From contig OX597825.1 of assembly GCA_951406725.2 (NCBI GenBank), positions 50,220,001-50,284,000 of the forward strand: 64,000 nucleotides of DNA, given 5' to 3'. Below are positions 41,331-55,732 of the stretch, in pieces. The notes under the pieces were generated by a model. That model had not been told where the DNA came from and did no database searches. It worked only from the letters and a program-made list of their open reading frames with translations. The position numbers were made by a program, and so were the translations under genes. Source of the DNA: Octopus vulgaris (Eukaryota). Every line of letters starts with the position of its first letter. The stretch's first letter is position 1.

Positions 41331-42004
41331 TGTTGATTTGTTTATGTCCCCGTAACTTAGTGTTTGGCAAAAAGACAGAATAAGTTGCAGACTTAAAAAT
41401 AGCCGAGTGCTGATGTCAATTTGCTTGACTAAAACTCCTTAAAGTAGTAAAAGATAAAAAATGAAAAGATACATGCACACATATATATAGTATCATTACT
41501 CAATGTCCCGTTTCCCATACTTGCATGAGTCAGATGAAATTTGTTGAGCAGATTTGTTTATGGCTATATGCTTTCCTGTCGACAAAAGTCAATTTTTCCC
41601 ATGCAAGTTAATATCTCCCCATAGCCAGACATGTTTTTCACACAGACTGGAAATGAACAACCTGAATCAAATGATGATAAAGCTCATTTACAATCATGTC
41701 CAGATAAAGACACTCACTCACTGACACACACATATATTAGAAATCCTGAGTACAACTGTTCAACTGCTACTGTTATGTTTAAAGCACCATGTTGATTATC
41801 ATAATCTACTCAGTTTCCTGTATAGATGTTAAGCAACTTTTATACTGAGTCGTATTTCTAGTTATGAACCACAGAGCAAATGTAACAGAAATAAGGATAA
41901 ATGCAAGTTTTATATTATAGTTTCTATGCGTGTTTCCCCATTATGGTTGTTCAGAGTCCTACAGGTGTTCCAAGCACATTTAGATGCTCAATCACAATGG
42001 TTGA

Positions 42005-42362
42005 CCATGGGTGTTGGAGAAGACTTTTACGGATTCCATGGACAGCGAGGCTCACCAATGGAGAAGTTCTTAAGCAGATCAGGCTAAAAATGTCACTAGA
42101 AGCTAGGATCACCAAGCATAGATTGGCATATTTCAGTCATATTATGAGGAGAAAATCCCTGAAGAAGGACATCATGCTTGGAATGGTCAGTGGCAAGAGA
42201 GGAAAAGGCCGACCAAGAACCAGCTGGCTTGACACCATCAAGAGTGATACCGGAATGGACATAGCCAATCTGAAAGAAGCGGCCCAGGATAGAACTGACT
42301 GGAGGACACTGATCCATCGAGTAACCGAGAGTCGACTTCGACTGAGTGGATAGATAGATAGA
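42005..42362 (+). mobile_element. RTE-clade LINE 3' end with (TAGA)n tail
   Basis: CWRRLLRIPWTAR.TN.EVL..RLAYFSHIMRR..GKRGKGRPRTSWLD..QDRTDWR. Confidence 0.9.
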
Positions 42363-42643
42363 TCTGAATGCACTTGGAAAATATATTGCAGGGCTCCAAA
42401 CAGCTATAATGGTGAAACATACACACAGGAACTATAATAGAAACCTATGGTTATCCTTAATTCTCATATATATATTTAGCCTGGACTTAATTTTCCATTA
42501 AATCCACTCACAAAGCTTTGGTAGGCTATATTAGAAGAGACTTCCCCAAAGTTTCATGCAGAGGGACTAAACACAAGACATGACACACAATTGGGAAGTA
42601 GGGCTTCTTAACCAAAAAGCCATGCCTGTACCTACATATACAT

Positions 42644-42682
<39 letters not shown>

Positions 42683-42970
42683 CATGTGTCTTACAGACAA
42701 AAAGTAAATTGCAAATGCAGTATAGTCATGAAAACAGCCAAGAAAAATTGGGTATTTACCCTTAGATGATAGAGAAAATAGGGTTTAATAATCTGTAACC
42801 ACCTGCTGACACCTTTTTCCATCTTCTAAAGGTAAATACCCAATCTTTCTCGCTGTTTCACAGATATACAGCATTTGAAACTTGCTTTGTTGTCTATAAA
42901 GTACCAAACACACTCAGTACTTCTAAAGTTTGTTTATAAAATGTTCCCATATATTTACACACACACACAC

Positions 42971-42999
<29 letters not shown>

Positions 43000-43007
<8 letters not shown>

Positions 43008-44085
43008 AATTTAGGCACTAAGGCTAGCAATTTTAGTTGAATCTGTTGACTGGAGAACTTAACTAGTATTGTACATTTTCTGCCCTCAAGACAATGAGTG
43101 CTAAGTTGGTGGGATTCTGAGTTCAAGTCCTGCCTTCCTCAGCTTTGACTTTGGGGTGAATGATAAAATACAGAGCAAGTCAATCACTGGAGTCGATGAT
43201 ACAGACTGATCCCCTTCCCTCAAAATTGCTGGCCTTGTACCTAAATCAGAAACAACAACAATAATAATGGTTCTCAAATTTTGGCGCAAGACTAGGAATT
43301 ACACTGACTCCAGTGCACAACTGATAGTATTTTTTTTCATCAACCACAAACAAATAACTGGCAAATTCTGTCTTGACATAATTTGAACTCAGAACATAAA
43401 GAGAAACTAAATACCACAAAGCGTTTTGTTCAGGCTGCTAACAATTTTATCAGCTCACTGCTTTAATAATAATAATAATAATAGTAATAATAATAATAAT
43501 AATGATGATGATAATAATAATAATAATAATGGTATTAAATTTTGGCACAAGGCCAGCAGTTTCAGAGGAAAAGGGTAAGTAGATTACATCACCCTAGTGG
43601 TCAACTGGTCAATGTTATCAACCCCGAAACAATGAAAGATAAAGTTGACCTACTAAAGGAACAAGGCCAGAAATTTTGGGGGAAGGGGAAAGTTGACTAC
43701 ATCGACCCCAGTGTTCAACAGTGTCCAAAGTCAACCTTGACAGAATTTGAACTCAGAACGTAAAGACGGACAAAGTGCTGCCATGCATTTTGCCCAGTAT
43801 GCTAACAATTCTGCCAGCTTGCTGCCTTAATAATAATAATGAGATGAATTGTAATAATGGTTTCAGATTTTGGTTTCAAATTTTGGTACAAATTTAGCAA
43901 TTTCGGAGTAAAGGGGATGAGTCGAATACATTGACCCAGTACTCAACTGGTAACTATTTTATCGACCCAGAAACGATGAAAGGCAAAGTTGACCTTGGTG
44001 GAATTTGAACTCAGTACATAAAGAGGGACGAAATGCTGCTAAGCACTTTGTCCGGCCTGTTAACGATTCTGCCAGCTTGCCACCT

Positions 44086-44117
<32 letters not shown>

Positions 44118-44297
44118 CCTTTCTACTAAAGGCACAAGACCTGAAATGGTGAGGTGTCACTGGTACTCAATTTATCCACCCCGAAAGGTTGAAAGGCAAA
44201 GTTGACCTCGGCGGAATTTGAACCCAAAACATAACAACGGGCGAAATACTTCTAAGCATTTCATCCAGCATTCTAACGATTCTGCCAGCTCACCGCC

Positions 44298-44341
<44 letters not shown>

Positions 44342-44470
44342 TTCTAGTATAGACACAAGGTCTGAAATTTGGAGGGAGGGGACTAGTCGATTACATCGAC
44401 CCCAATGCTCAACTGGTACCTCTTTCATAGACCCTGAAAGGATGAAAGGCATAGTCGCCCTCGGCGACAT
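43000..44470 (-). mobile_element. Cluster of about six SINE family B copies, mostly head-to-tail on the minus strand, separated by (AAT)n
   Basis: Repeated GAAAGGCAAAGTTGACC..GAATTTGAACTCAG..AACGATTCTGCCAGCT units, each followed by AAT runs. Confidence 0.85.
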
Positions 44471-46854
44471 AATTATGGGCACAAGGCATGACGTTTTGTG
44501 TTAAGGAACAGGTAATGTAACTGGTGATAGTAGTCGACTGGATTCACTGAAGTCGAAGAATTAATAGCAAACTTAGACTGTAAAGGGACATAACTCTATA
44601 CAGCAAACCCAATATTCTACAAATAGTAACGTTCCACAAATGTAGCACACACTCTATCATCCACAAGATAGTCTACCACTCCATCATTTTGTGCACTCCT
44701 TTACCAATTCCACAAGCACTTCATCACAATACCAATTTGTCCAGCATTCCCTATCTATCTTCCCATCCAACACACAACAAAAATAAGACTCCTCTCTTTA
44801 AAGTACAGGTCAGAATCATCTAGATCAGTGGACGCCTCAGATTATTATTTGATTCTAGTGGACCTCCATAGCCGTTCGATCTTTTAAAAGCTAATTTTAT
44901 AGATGCTTCTTTCAGAATTCCTATTTTGTTTTTCATATATTCACTTGCATACGTAAGAAAGAAACATGCTAAATTATGTTAAGTGTCAGAGAAAGAAACA
45001 TAGCTGGTTTCTTTTTGTTATTTTTTTATTTTTGCAATAAATACAGCAAAAGCAATTTTTTTCATGGACTCTTAAAATAATATTGTAGATCCCCAAATTA
45101 CTATTTTGTATGCGAGGACCCCAAAAAACCTTATATAGCCTCTCCACTAGGTGTCATATGGACCCTTGTTGAGAACCACTATGCTAGATGGTTTCTGTTC
45201 TTGGTTACATCGCTAGAAGTGAAGAGGTCGAGAGAATAAGCAGTGACAGGATTGTCAATTTTAGTTCTATGAGATAAAATTCGTTGTACAGGCATCACTT
45301 TATTTAACTTCAGTTCATGTTGCTCTTAAGAATTTATATTAAGGTGTCAGTGAAAGACCTCTGATATATACAGGCGTTTTATCCCATGCATACATGTGAC
45401 AAAGATGGGAGAGAGAGAGAAAAGAGAGAGAGAAAAGAGGGAAAGAAAAAGATTCAAACAGTGAACCACCTGCTTTATTGGCCCTTCTACTTTGCGAAAA
45501 TGCATTTTAAAGAGCCCCGACTATCAATTATTTCACCTAAAACAATATATATTTTTGTACCAAATCAAAGGAAATTATTAAATTGGCGTTGACATTTTAC
45601 TGGTTACAGACACATGCATCATATACATACATACATACATACATACATACATACATACATGAAATGATTGGTAAAAAAAAAGTAAAGAAACAAAAAGAAC
45701 AAAGAAATTAATCATAACAGATTTTATAAACAAAAAATTACAGTATTAAGTTACATTTCATGAAAATATGACATTTTAAGGAGGAAGAAAACAGTCTTTG
45801 AGTATAAATTGTTTGGTCTCATAGCAACGGCAATTGAGTGTTGTTGATGAGGGGATTATTTAGTAACTAGAACTACAGAACTGGATTAATTGCCTGAAAG
45901 AACAAAGAATAAAAGCAGTTCTTGTTGATAGTTTGTTGAAAGCAAGTTGGGTAGAAAATTGTCAGGCATACTTGTGGAATTTATTTATACAATAAACTTA
46001 AAGAAATAAAATGAGTTGCTTTTCGATGAATGAAAGAAATGTGGATAGAAACAGAAACAAAATTTATTGCGTTAAAAACTGATTCAATCCTAAAGACGTC
46101 AGGATTTTAGTGTAAGGGAGATAACTCTTCATTTGTTAACCGAAAATGTTTTCAGACAAAATTCATTTGATATATTATAAATAAGAGATTTCGGTTAATT
46201 TTTATGTAAACGATGAATTTTCGTTGACTTTCATTTTTTACGTTTTCAAATTTCAAAAATTATATAATTAAATCAAGCATAAATTTTAAATACTATTTAA
46301 ATAACAATATAAAATTGTTTTAAAAAGAGGAAATAACTATTTTTAAAACAATTTTCAGGTGTAAGGGACATAACACTGACAGAATAAAGTGTAGAGATTT
46401 AAAACTAATTTTTATTAAATTTAACCTGCTTCGTTCAGTTTTTTAGCATTGAAAATTTCATGTTGTTTCCATAACTGTTCTAATCTGTATGTAAATGATG
46501 GATAAGAAAAATCATTGGAGCAAAGTTTCCCATTATATTTTCAGTACGTTATATTTTCAGCACGAGTCTACTCTAAAATATTTCAGAGTTTTAACACTTG
46601 GTGAGACTACTTAATTGAAGAGTTATTCCAATCACATTATATTTTGTTGTCGTAAAAGGAATATCATTTATATTCAGTTCGTTGACAGTCAACAAATCTT
46701 AAATGTCACCTATACTGGGGTAACATAACTGTAGATACCATAAGCTCACATAGGACCTTTTCACAGAAATGGTCATTACACATCTGGAGTAGTGCTGCTC
46801 CTGTTATACATTGAAGCAAAGTACTCCTGTCTCGCAAAGTCAGATATACACAAA

Positions 46855-47040
46855 ATTCCCAGATCTGCATGACAGCATTGCTCATATATCTGTGACTGTG
46901 TTGCTGTTACATGCACAAACCTCTCAGATCTGCATTACAGTACCGTTCACATATCAGTGACAGTGCTGCCATTACACACATAAAAATCTTAGAACAATAT
47001 TACAGTACTGCTCACATATCTAAGGTACTACCACTATACA
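46855..47040. repeat. ~66-bp degenerate tandem repeat, about 3 copies
   Basis: CAGATCTGCAT.ACAG.A..G.TCA.ATATC recurs at ~46860, 46926 and 46990. Confidence 0.6.
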
Positions 47041-47419
47041 TCAGACACCTAAAAGGAGTCCTTCCTCCTAATTAACAAATATTTTCCCCAACACATACAA
47101 ACATCTGGTATACAACTAACTCTTCAATCACAACTATCTTGGTTACTGTTCCACTGAACTAGCAAGTTATATACCAGTTTCATTCAAATTTCCCCTGTGA
47201 TTCACTATCTTAACATTCTCCTTGCTTTGTTTGACTTCACCAGAAACCAAACAACTAAATGCATTTCCCAAATCCTTCCTGGCATCCACCTGGAACCTAC
47301 AGAGCCCCTTAGCCTCTGCTATCTGGAAAGAGAGGAGAACACATTTCATGGTCAATCTCCATATTCCACCCAAATTTCATGATTTAATCACGACACAATT
47401 GTAGGGCAATATAAGACTA

Positions 47420-48330
47420 TTACATCAATATAACATAACATAATACAGTATTGGTGTGGCATGGTATAACATGTATAGTCTTAAATATATTATAAACAGA
47501 GTACAACACAAAGTCACAGCATTACATGGTCAAAATATAGTTTTCATATAACATTGTATAACACATAGTATTGATAGTAGTAACATGTAACAGTACTACA
47601 TAGTTACATGATATTTGTATAACATCGTATAATACAGTATATCCTGTAACATTGGTATAACAGAGTATTATTTCTAGTATAACACAGAACTTACAACATG
47701 TAGCATTGAAACAATGTAATATACCATATTATTGGCATAACATAATATAATACAGTAAAGTGTATAATATTGGTATAACAAATGATTATATATAGTATAA
47801 AACAATGAATCTATTTAGAGTATATAATATTAGCATACATATAGAATTATTTTTATGCATATATTAAAATATATTATTGGTATATTATAGTATAACATAT
47901 TATTTGTATATTACATTGTTATAACATACAGCTTCACTATAATAGTGAATATCGTATCAGTATTACATATGAAAATATATAATGGTATTACATGGAGTAT
48001 AACATGCAGTATAGATATAACATAGTTATAATGCATAGTACTGGTATTAGATATAGTTATAACATAAAGAACTGGAATAACATATTTAGAACATAACATC
48101 AGTATAACATATTCAAAACATATAGCATTGGTATAAAATATATGGTGTTAGTACAACATAGTAATAACATAGTAATAAAACAGATAAATTGCATAGTATT
48201 GCATACATGAGAAGTATTTTGTTATTTTGTGATACTATGTTGAGGTAAGTATGGTATTGTCATAATAATAATATAGTGTATAGTAGTGATTTAGTATTGA
48301 TATAGCTTGTAGTGGTATAGTGTTGTTATA
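47420..48330. repeat. Degenerate AT-rich satellite built on (A/G)GTATAACAT
   Basis: GTATAAC recurs throughout; polarity appears to flip near 48220. Confidence 0.6.
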
Positions 48331-48495
48331 TATGTAGTAACGTAATAATATATACAGACTTATATTTATGTAGAAACTTACATACATATGTATCTACATG
48401 TGTGTACATACATACATATACATATACATATACATACTCATGTATATATATATATGTATATATATATATGCACAAATACATTCTAACATATACAT

Positions 48496-48582
<87 letters not shown>

Positions 48583-48803
48583 TACATATACAGACATTCA
48601 TATGTATATATACACACACACATATAAATTTAATTATGCCAAGGACCCATAATCCTTTAAGGGATGTTTGCATCCTAGTTCTATGGTTTATACCAATTTT
48701 CAGTGAAAAGCTAAGTACATTAGTTTTGCATTGATGGATATGGGTATTTAGATTATATATGAATGTGAACAAAAGAAGAAAATGGAGAAATTAACATATA
48801 CTG

Positions 48804-48907
48804 ATCCCCTGATGAAATATCCAATTAACCAGTTTCAATATGAAAAATTTAAATTCAATTTAATTTCTCTAATTGAATTAATTGGCTATGGAAACGGCTG
48901 TAGGGAT
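48804..48907 (+). ncRNA. Type I hammerhead ribozyme with extended stem II, flanked by an inverted repeat (48755-48800 / 48950-48998)
   Basis: Stem I ATCCC/GGGAT, CTGATGA (48809-48815), stem II CCAATTAA..TTAATTGG with inner AATTCAATT/AATTGAATT, GAAAC-GGCT-GTA. Confidence 0.82.
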
Positions 48908-48988
48908 AAGAATTTCATATATTGATTTAAATATCTTTGAATAAACTGATGTATATATGTCAATTTCTCTATTTTTTTCTTTTTCTCA

Positions 48989-49029
<41 letters not shown>

Positions 49030-49072
49030 AGAGAGAGAGAGAGACATACACATACACACACACATATATATA

Positions 49073-49290
49073 CAGTAATCCCTTGCCATATCACGTTTCA
49101 TCTATTGTGGTTTATTATTTAAGCTTTCATTGATTCCTCTGTGGTATTGTTTTATATTTATAACAAAATAAATATATACAAATTATAAAAACAATTTTAA
49201 AAAATATACAGTACAGTACTGTTTCAATTTTGCAGATTTTCACTAATCGCAGGGGTTTTGGAACATACCACAATAGTAGAGTGATTACTG
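49073..49290. mobile_element. Tigger/pogo-like MITE
   Basis: TA-CAGTAATCCCT ... AGTGATTACTG termini. Confidence 0.6.
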
Positions 49291-50481
49291 AATATACACA
49301 TATATATATATATATATAATAAGAGTAAATAATAGCTTTAATGGTTTTTAAAAAACCAACAATTATTTACTGGTAGATTTCGGCATGTAAATAAAATTAT
49401 TAACGGTAGGAACTTCTTTAAAAGTTCAATACATATATAAATATACAGAGAAAGAGAGAGAGAGAGAGAGGCACAATGGCTGTAAATAAGCTTCTAGCTC
49501 AGGAGTGTCTATGGAGCTGCTTAACCTGTTAGAAAATGTCATAAATCACACCTTGTCAGCCTTAGTTAAGGAAGGACATATTAGATAATATAGTCCAAAT
49601 TGCCCTTAAAACATGAGATGGTCATAGTTGAAAAGTCCTTGATTATGAACCTGTCCCAATCAGAAAGAATGATAATCCCCCACCTCAACACTCCTTCAAT
49701 GCAAAGTCTTTCCGAACAATGATGTCTGACGAGGCCATCAGAGAGGGCGAACCCTACCTTATGTAATATCTCAGTAAACTCTTGATGGCATTGATCTCTG
49801 ACATGACTAAAAGATCCATAGCACTGGCTTTAGCATGCTTGAGATCAATGCCCTGCAAATTCAGGTCTTCCTCAATTTGTTTTGTCCATGTCTTCTCAGG
49901 TCTGCTGTGCTAGATTCTCCAGTGTGTCAGTCACTGCCACCACAAGACATGGAAAACCCCTATTCTATATAATGCCCCAGTAAATCCTTGTGGACACTAA
50001 TGTACAGCATCCAATTATAAATTCATGATTTTTACATGTTATAAAACTGACATCCACAACCATATCAGTGATAAAATATATTTTTTACTCATAAATATAC
50101 ATACATAAATATGTACAATTATATATGTATAAATATATACAATTATAGTTGTATAAATATTTACAGATTATATGTGTATATGTACTAATATATATACCAG
50201 TGTATATAATCATTTTTCACCTATGGATCCCTTCGATACCTATTTTACTTAGCTGGACCTTCCTAGCCATTCGATGTTTTAAAAAAATCATATTGTAGAT
50301 TTATAATTAAATACGATTAGGAATTGCATTAAAAAAATTGTTAAAATATTTTGTGTATTTTACAAGTATAACAAATTTAGTGCTGTTAAATTTTAACAAC
50401 AAAATCTCATATGGAACCCTTAGGGCCAAATGAACTCCAGTGGGGAACCACTGATATATATACATTACACACACACACACA

Positions 50482-50617
<136 letters not shown>

Positions 50618-50754
50618 TACACACAATAGACAGTACACAAGTCTGAACAAGATGCTTTGCTTATATCAGACAACCATTTTAACCCGGACTAGTAAGGAAA
50701 GCAGATGTACACTGATGATTTTACACTTGTATGTATGCATTAGAGAGAGAGGGA

Positions 50755-51240
50755 GGGTGAGTGGATATGTGCGCTTGCTCCTCAACCGCATAGTTCAAGG
50801 TTTAGTCCCACTGCATGTCACTTTGGACAAGTGTCTTCTATAGCCTTGGGATGACCAAAACCCTGTGAGTGGATTCGGTAGACAGAAACTGAAAGAAGCC
50901 TCTCATGTGTGTATGTATATTCTAGCAATAGTGATAGAGATTTCATATTTAGGAAACATTCCTGATAAAATATATGTATATTGTGTGTATGCATGTATGT
51001 GTGCATGTTGTGTGTGTGTGGACGCGCATGCAACTGTGTTTCTCCACCATCACGGCTTGACAACCGGTATTGGTTTGTTAATGTCCCTGTTACTTAGCAG
51101 ATTGGCAAAACAAACTAATGGAATAAGCACTAGGCACAAAATTTAAAGAATGTACTGGGAGGTCAATTCATTTAGCTAAAATCTCTTGAAGGCAGTGCCC
51201 CAGTATGACCACAGTCTAATCACTGAAACAAGTAAAAGAT
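50755..51240 (+). mobile_element. SINE family A, diverged
   Basis: Matches the family head, body and tail. Confidence 0.8.
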
Positions 51241-53495
51241 ATATATATATAAGAGCAGGTGTGACTGTGTCATTAAGAGGTTTTTCTCAGAACCACCTGG
51301 TTTTAGGGTCATACCTACTTCATGGCCACTACAATGGGTGAAATATCATAAAAAGAAACGATATGAAGCAAGTTGTGTGTAAACGTGTGTGCATATGCAT
51401 TTGTATGTGTGAGAGAGCATATCTCTGTGTGTGTGTGTGTATATATATGCAAGTAATACTGTTAGAGGCTTCACATTTTGGAAACCTTCATGACAAAAAT
51501 GACATGCATCTCATTACAACTAATTTTTTTCATGTAATTATAACAACTATTATTAAGTGATTATAACAACCATTATTAATAATTATTTCATAATTATAAT
51601 AATCGTTATTAATAATTATTCTATGTAATTATAATTACCATTATTAATTGTACTTGCTAATGTTCACGGATGTTATTGAAACAGCCACAGAAAAAGAAAT
51701 AAGATAAAGTTTCTGAAAATGCTATTTTACTAATATAAATGAGTGTGTGCATATACAGGTCTTCCTCACATCTCCATATTTGTGTGCAATAATTGTAAAA
51801 CAAAGTCACCACCATACAAACGGTGCTATTTGTTTACTATATTCCATGGGAAGATGTTTGGTCATTTGACTGCTCATTGTTCAAAGGACTAGGGAGACTA
51901 TTATATTATCTGCATACAGAAGAGGGTTAGCAGCAAGATCATCCATCTGTTGAAAAATCTACCACAATAAGTTTCATCTGATCAAGGCTCATCTGATCAT
52001 GGAAAAGTAGAGATTATGGTTTGTCTGTGTGTGTGTGTGTGTGTGAGTATGTGTCTGTGTGTCTGTGTGTGTGTGTAACAAAACAGGAAACTGGTAATTC
52101 TTCGGTATTGTTTATTCACCATTACATGTTTTTCATTTACTAACAGGAAATTCTTTACATGTTTATCTAACATGTAAAATTTTGTAATTCCTATTAGCAA
52201 ATGAAACATGTGTAATGGCGAATGAATAATATCAAGAGAATTACCATTTTACTGTTTTGTCATACAAGAATTCTGCAAATAATATTTCCATAATTCTCAA
52301 ACTCAATATGTATTTTGAACTCGGACTACAAGTTGGATTGTAATAATAGAATAAGCAGAGGAAACAGTGGCGATTTACTCTAACTACCTACATGATATAT
52401 ATATAAATATATATATATACGTAACTTCACACACACATATACAGTGTGTGTGTGTGTGTGCATGACTGTGTGCACGCATGTGTGTGTCTCTTTTTACTGA
52501 CCAGATTTACATCACATTTTTGTATTCCTTTCACTATGACGGAAAACAAACATCAAAAATAAACAATGAAATCATCTGAAGAGCTAACATTGTTTTTTAA
52601 GATAATGTTTTACGTTTTAACAGAGTCAAACACACACACACACACACACACACAGAGCTTACAATGATTTATTTTCTTTCATATAATGTTTGGTTGAGTA
52701 TTAGCAGAAGTGAACCGGAGTTGTTAAATATATTGCAGGTTGTTTTATTATTTTACAGGGGCTTTTAGTATTTTACTATGAAAAACGAAATAAAATTTCA
52801 AACCAAAACCATTTCCAAGATGTGGGTGTACCAAACTTTAGTTCTTAACCACTGCCAGAAATTCAGTGTTCTTTTATTTTTTATTTTTCTCTTTCTTTCT
52901 TTGACATCGAAAACACTCATAAAAGGAGGAATAAAGTCATTTAATGGTTCTCTTGTTATCTGAAGAATTGTTTTTGTGCCAAGACAAGAATATTTGATGT
53001 TCTTAACTACCCATTGACTATGCAGAGAGGAGCTACACATTTCACACCACAATCGTGTATATCAGTGACATGACATTAAATAATGTGTTTGTACATGGCA
53101 CCTTTCCTCTGTACAAATGTGTGTATTTTACACAGACAATTCATAAAATTACAAAACAGATGCTTGCTTTTTAGTTTGATGGTGAAGAGTGGTAGAAGAC
53201 TGTCCAGTGTAGCTTTAAGATTGAAAAGATAAGACAAAGTTCAAAATATCAAGAGAAACAGTACAGAGATTATCAGATTTTCAAGTTTGCATTCACGGAA
53301 ATACAGTTTTATACTAGTTTTGTGGGGTTTTAGTCATTACAGCTACAACCATACTGGAGCAATACCCTTATGTGTCCCATTTTGTCTTTCTATCATAACA
53401 TAACCAGCTCACATTATAACATTAGCTCAACAGATAAACCATAAGCTATTAGAAAAGTAATGTAGAAAACATCATGCATACTTGCACACTCACAT

Positions 53496-53528
<33 letters not shown>

Positions 53529-54124
53529 CACACACACACACACAGAGAGGGAGAGAGTCACTTCGTTCAGTGAGAAACTCAGTAGTGATGCTGTAAGCAA
53601 TGGATTTAGGAGTGTATGATGTAGCATGGTGCTCTGACAAGTCAATTTCTAAGATATAAACGTCTCAGAAGTAGATTATCAAACAGCAATAAATAAATGG
53701 TCAATCAGTTTCTTAATTCAACTTTCATCACTTTGTCTTTTTGTTTTATACATTTCTCTAACATCAGCTGACATCAACATCATCACCAACTGATACCATC
53801 ATCATCATCATTATCATCAATAATAACTATAAATTTGAATCAACAACTCAATGATTGTCTGTTCAGCTGCCAACACCTGCAGTAATAGTGTTCTAGTGAA
53901 AATCACTCTACTGTCACTGACCCAGTTCAGCTTATATTTTATGTTAATATAAAGAGCTCCAAACAGAAGCAGAATACAGTAAATGCCAGGTAGTAGGAGA
54001 TGGAGAAAAATTGATTAACACATTCCTGGTCATTCTGTCTAAACCAAGAAAGACTTGTCCATAGACATGAGAGTTGGGCCTGGACGTTATGTCAGTACTA
54101 TGAAATGCTAACAGAAGAGATATA

Positions 54125-54255
54125 GATATATACCTATGATACCCAAGAATAGCAAAGCAACCATATGCTGAGATATGCCAATATACATGGACAGAGAGAT
54201 CAAGGCTAATGGACCAGATATTGTTGCAGGCATCTTAGGTGCATGAAACTGCACT
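54125..54255 (+). mobile_element. R4/Dong-like RLE-domain fragment
   Basis: KATIC*DMPIYMDREIKANGPDIV resembles the WD..I.TD..I.ANRPDIV restriction-like endonuclease motif. Confidence 0.6.
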
Positions 54256-54468
54256 CAGTAGTGCAATGAAAGTACAAATTAACAATAAAACTATTTATGA
54301 TTGAGAGTGATGGAGGAGACAATGAAACCACTCAAAGTAGTTTTAATGTGCCTAGTTCATTATTACCAATGATAGTATGTAACTTGAATTTTTAATATAA
54401 TAGATTTTACAGAAGTTAATCCATAAGAATGGATGTTTGTATGTTAGTCATTCACAGCCCAAACACTG

Positions 54469-54509
<41 letters not shown>

Positions 54510-55613
54510 GTAATATGTAATATTTTACACAGAGATGGCTTCCACATGTTGACAATTCATATAGGAACACCAAATATATTCTAAGTTGTTAAATTACAGA
54601 AAAGATTGGCAACGCAACACATGGAAATATTTGAAACCACACCTTATAACAGTGGCCCATCACATGAGATCTTATGACCTTTAACTAAAATATTTTAGAA
54701 TGACTTGAAGTAGGGAATTGTGAGTTGAGGTTTCCTACAAAATCAATAGTTTTATAGACATATCCATCAGAAATATTCCATAGTGCTTGATGATTCACTC
54801 TTCTGGAGAGCAGTTACAGAGTAGTGACCATTAAGGAGTGTGGAGATGTGTGGAGTTTAGTTAATTACAGAGATCAGTGAAGATTATTCTTAACTATTCG
54901 GTTAATTTTGATTATTCTAAACATGTTGGGATGAATTTGATAACAAAAAAGGTAATTAAATTCATTGAAATTAGTTTCAAAATCTACAAAAATAAATGAC
55001 AATAAAATTAAATTATGACAATTAGAATGGATATTTAAAATATTAAACTAAATAATGACATCAATATTAGTGCATGTGTGTGTGATAAAAATAAAATAAA
55101 TGGACAATATTTTTTCTCATTACCTCATTGTGTATTTGTTTTAAGCATTAGTAAAAATGTTTGTGCTAAAAATGTAGAGATACTTCAACAGAAAACAGTA
55201 ATATCTAAATAAAAATAGTTAGAATAATTGGAATTAGTTAAAAACTTATGATTAATTAAAAATTTACAATTAATTAAAAATAGAGATTTTATAAAATTGT
55301 TTTTTAATAAAGAATGTAAAAATATTTTATCAAATTGACAATTCTGACTTTTGAGTTTAATACATTGGAGATTCCATTTTTTCAGTTTAAGTTAAAAATA
55401 GAAGAATAAAAACCAACAGAGAGATTCCATTATCATCAACTAATGAACTCAGTAGGAGGGGGAGGTTTCCAAAGTCATATAATGCAGTCCTTTGTGTAGT
55501 GGAAGGAGATCTGATTATCCTTGGTGGCCAACTCAGGGAATAGATGAAGTCTTTAAGAGCTGTCAGTGAAGACACGTCTTAATATTATGCAGGTGGTCCT
55601 TATAAAAGGCCAA

Positions 55614-55732
55614 CTAACACTGTGACAGAGTTAATTCATTATCAGCTGCTAAAGCTTCGGGGCAATGGTGGAGAACTTTGGCAAGCAGTTTCTCAATGTA
55701 GGCCTTCATGTCAGCATTCTCTTGGCGAAGAG
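55614..55732 (-). CDS. Probable terminal coding exon of a host gene with a Rab11-FIP-type Rab-binding-domain-like C-terminus
   Basis: Acceptor TTTTTTTCCAG on the minus strand (AG at 55734-55733), then 2 nt plus LRQENADMKAYIEKLLAKVLHHCPEALAADNELTLSQC*. This fits the FIP-RBD pattern N..L..YID.LL..IM...P..L. No upstream exon was identified. Confidence 0.7.

Noticed and set aside
49721-49770. Hammerhead-like CTGACGA-GGCC..GGC-GAAC..GTA
   Set aside because: GAAA is broken and stem III is unpaired; it lies beside an RTE remnant and may be chance.
52759-52848. Possible plus-strand terminal exon GLLVFYYEKRNKISNQNHFQDVGVPNFSS*
   Set aside because: It has a good acceptor and a downstream AATAAA, but no recognisable homology or partner exons; expected by chance in AT-rich DNA.
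54600-54830. Mariner C-terminal remnant
   Set aside because: Only a faint EIFETTPY resemblance; too decayed to support.
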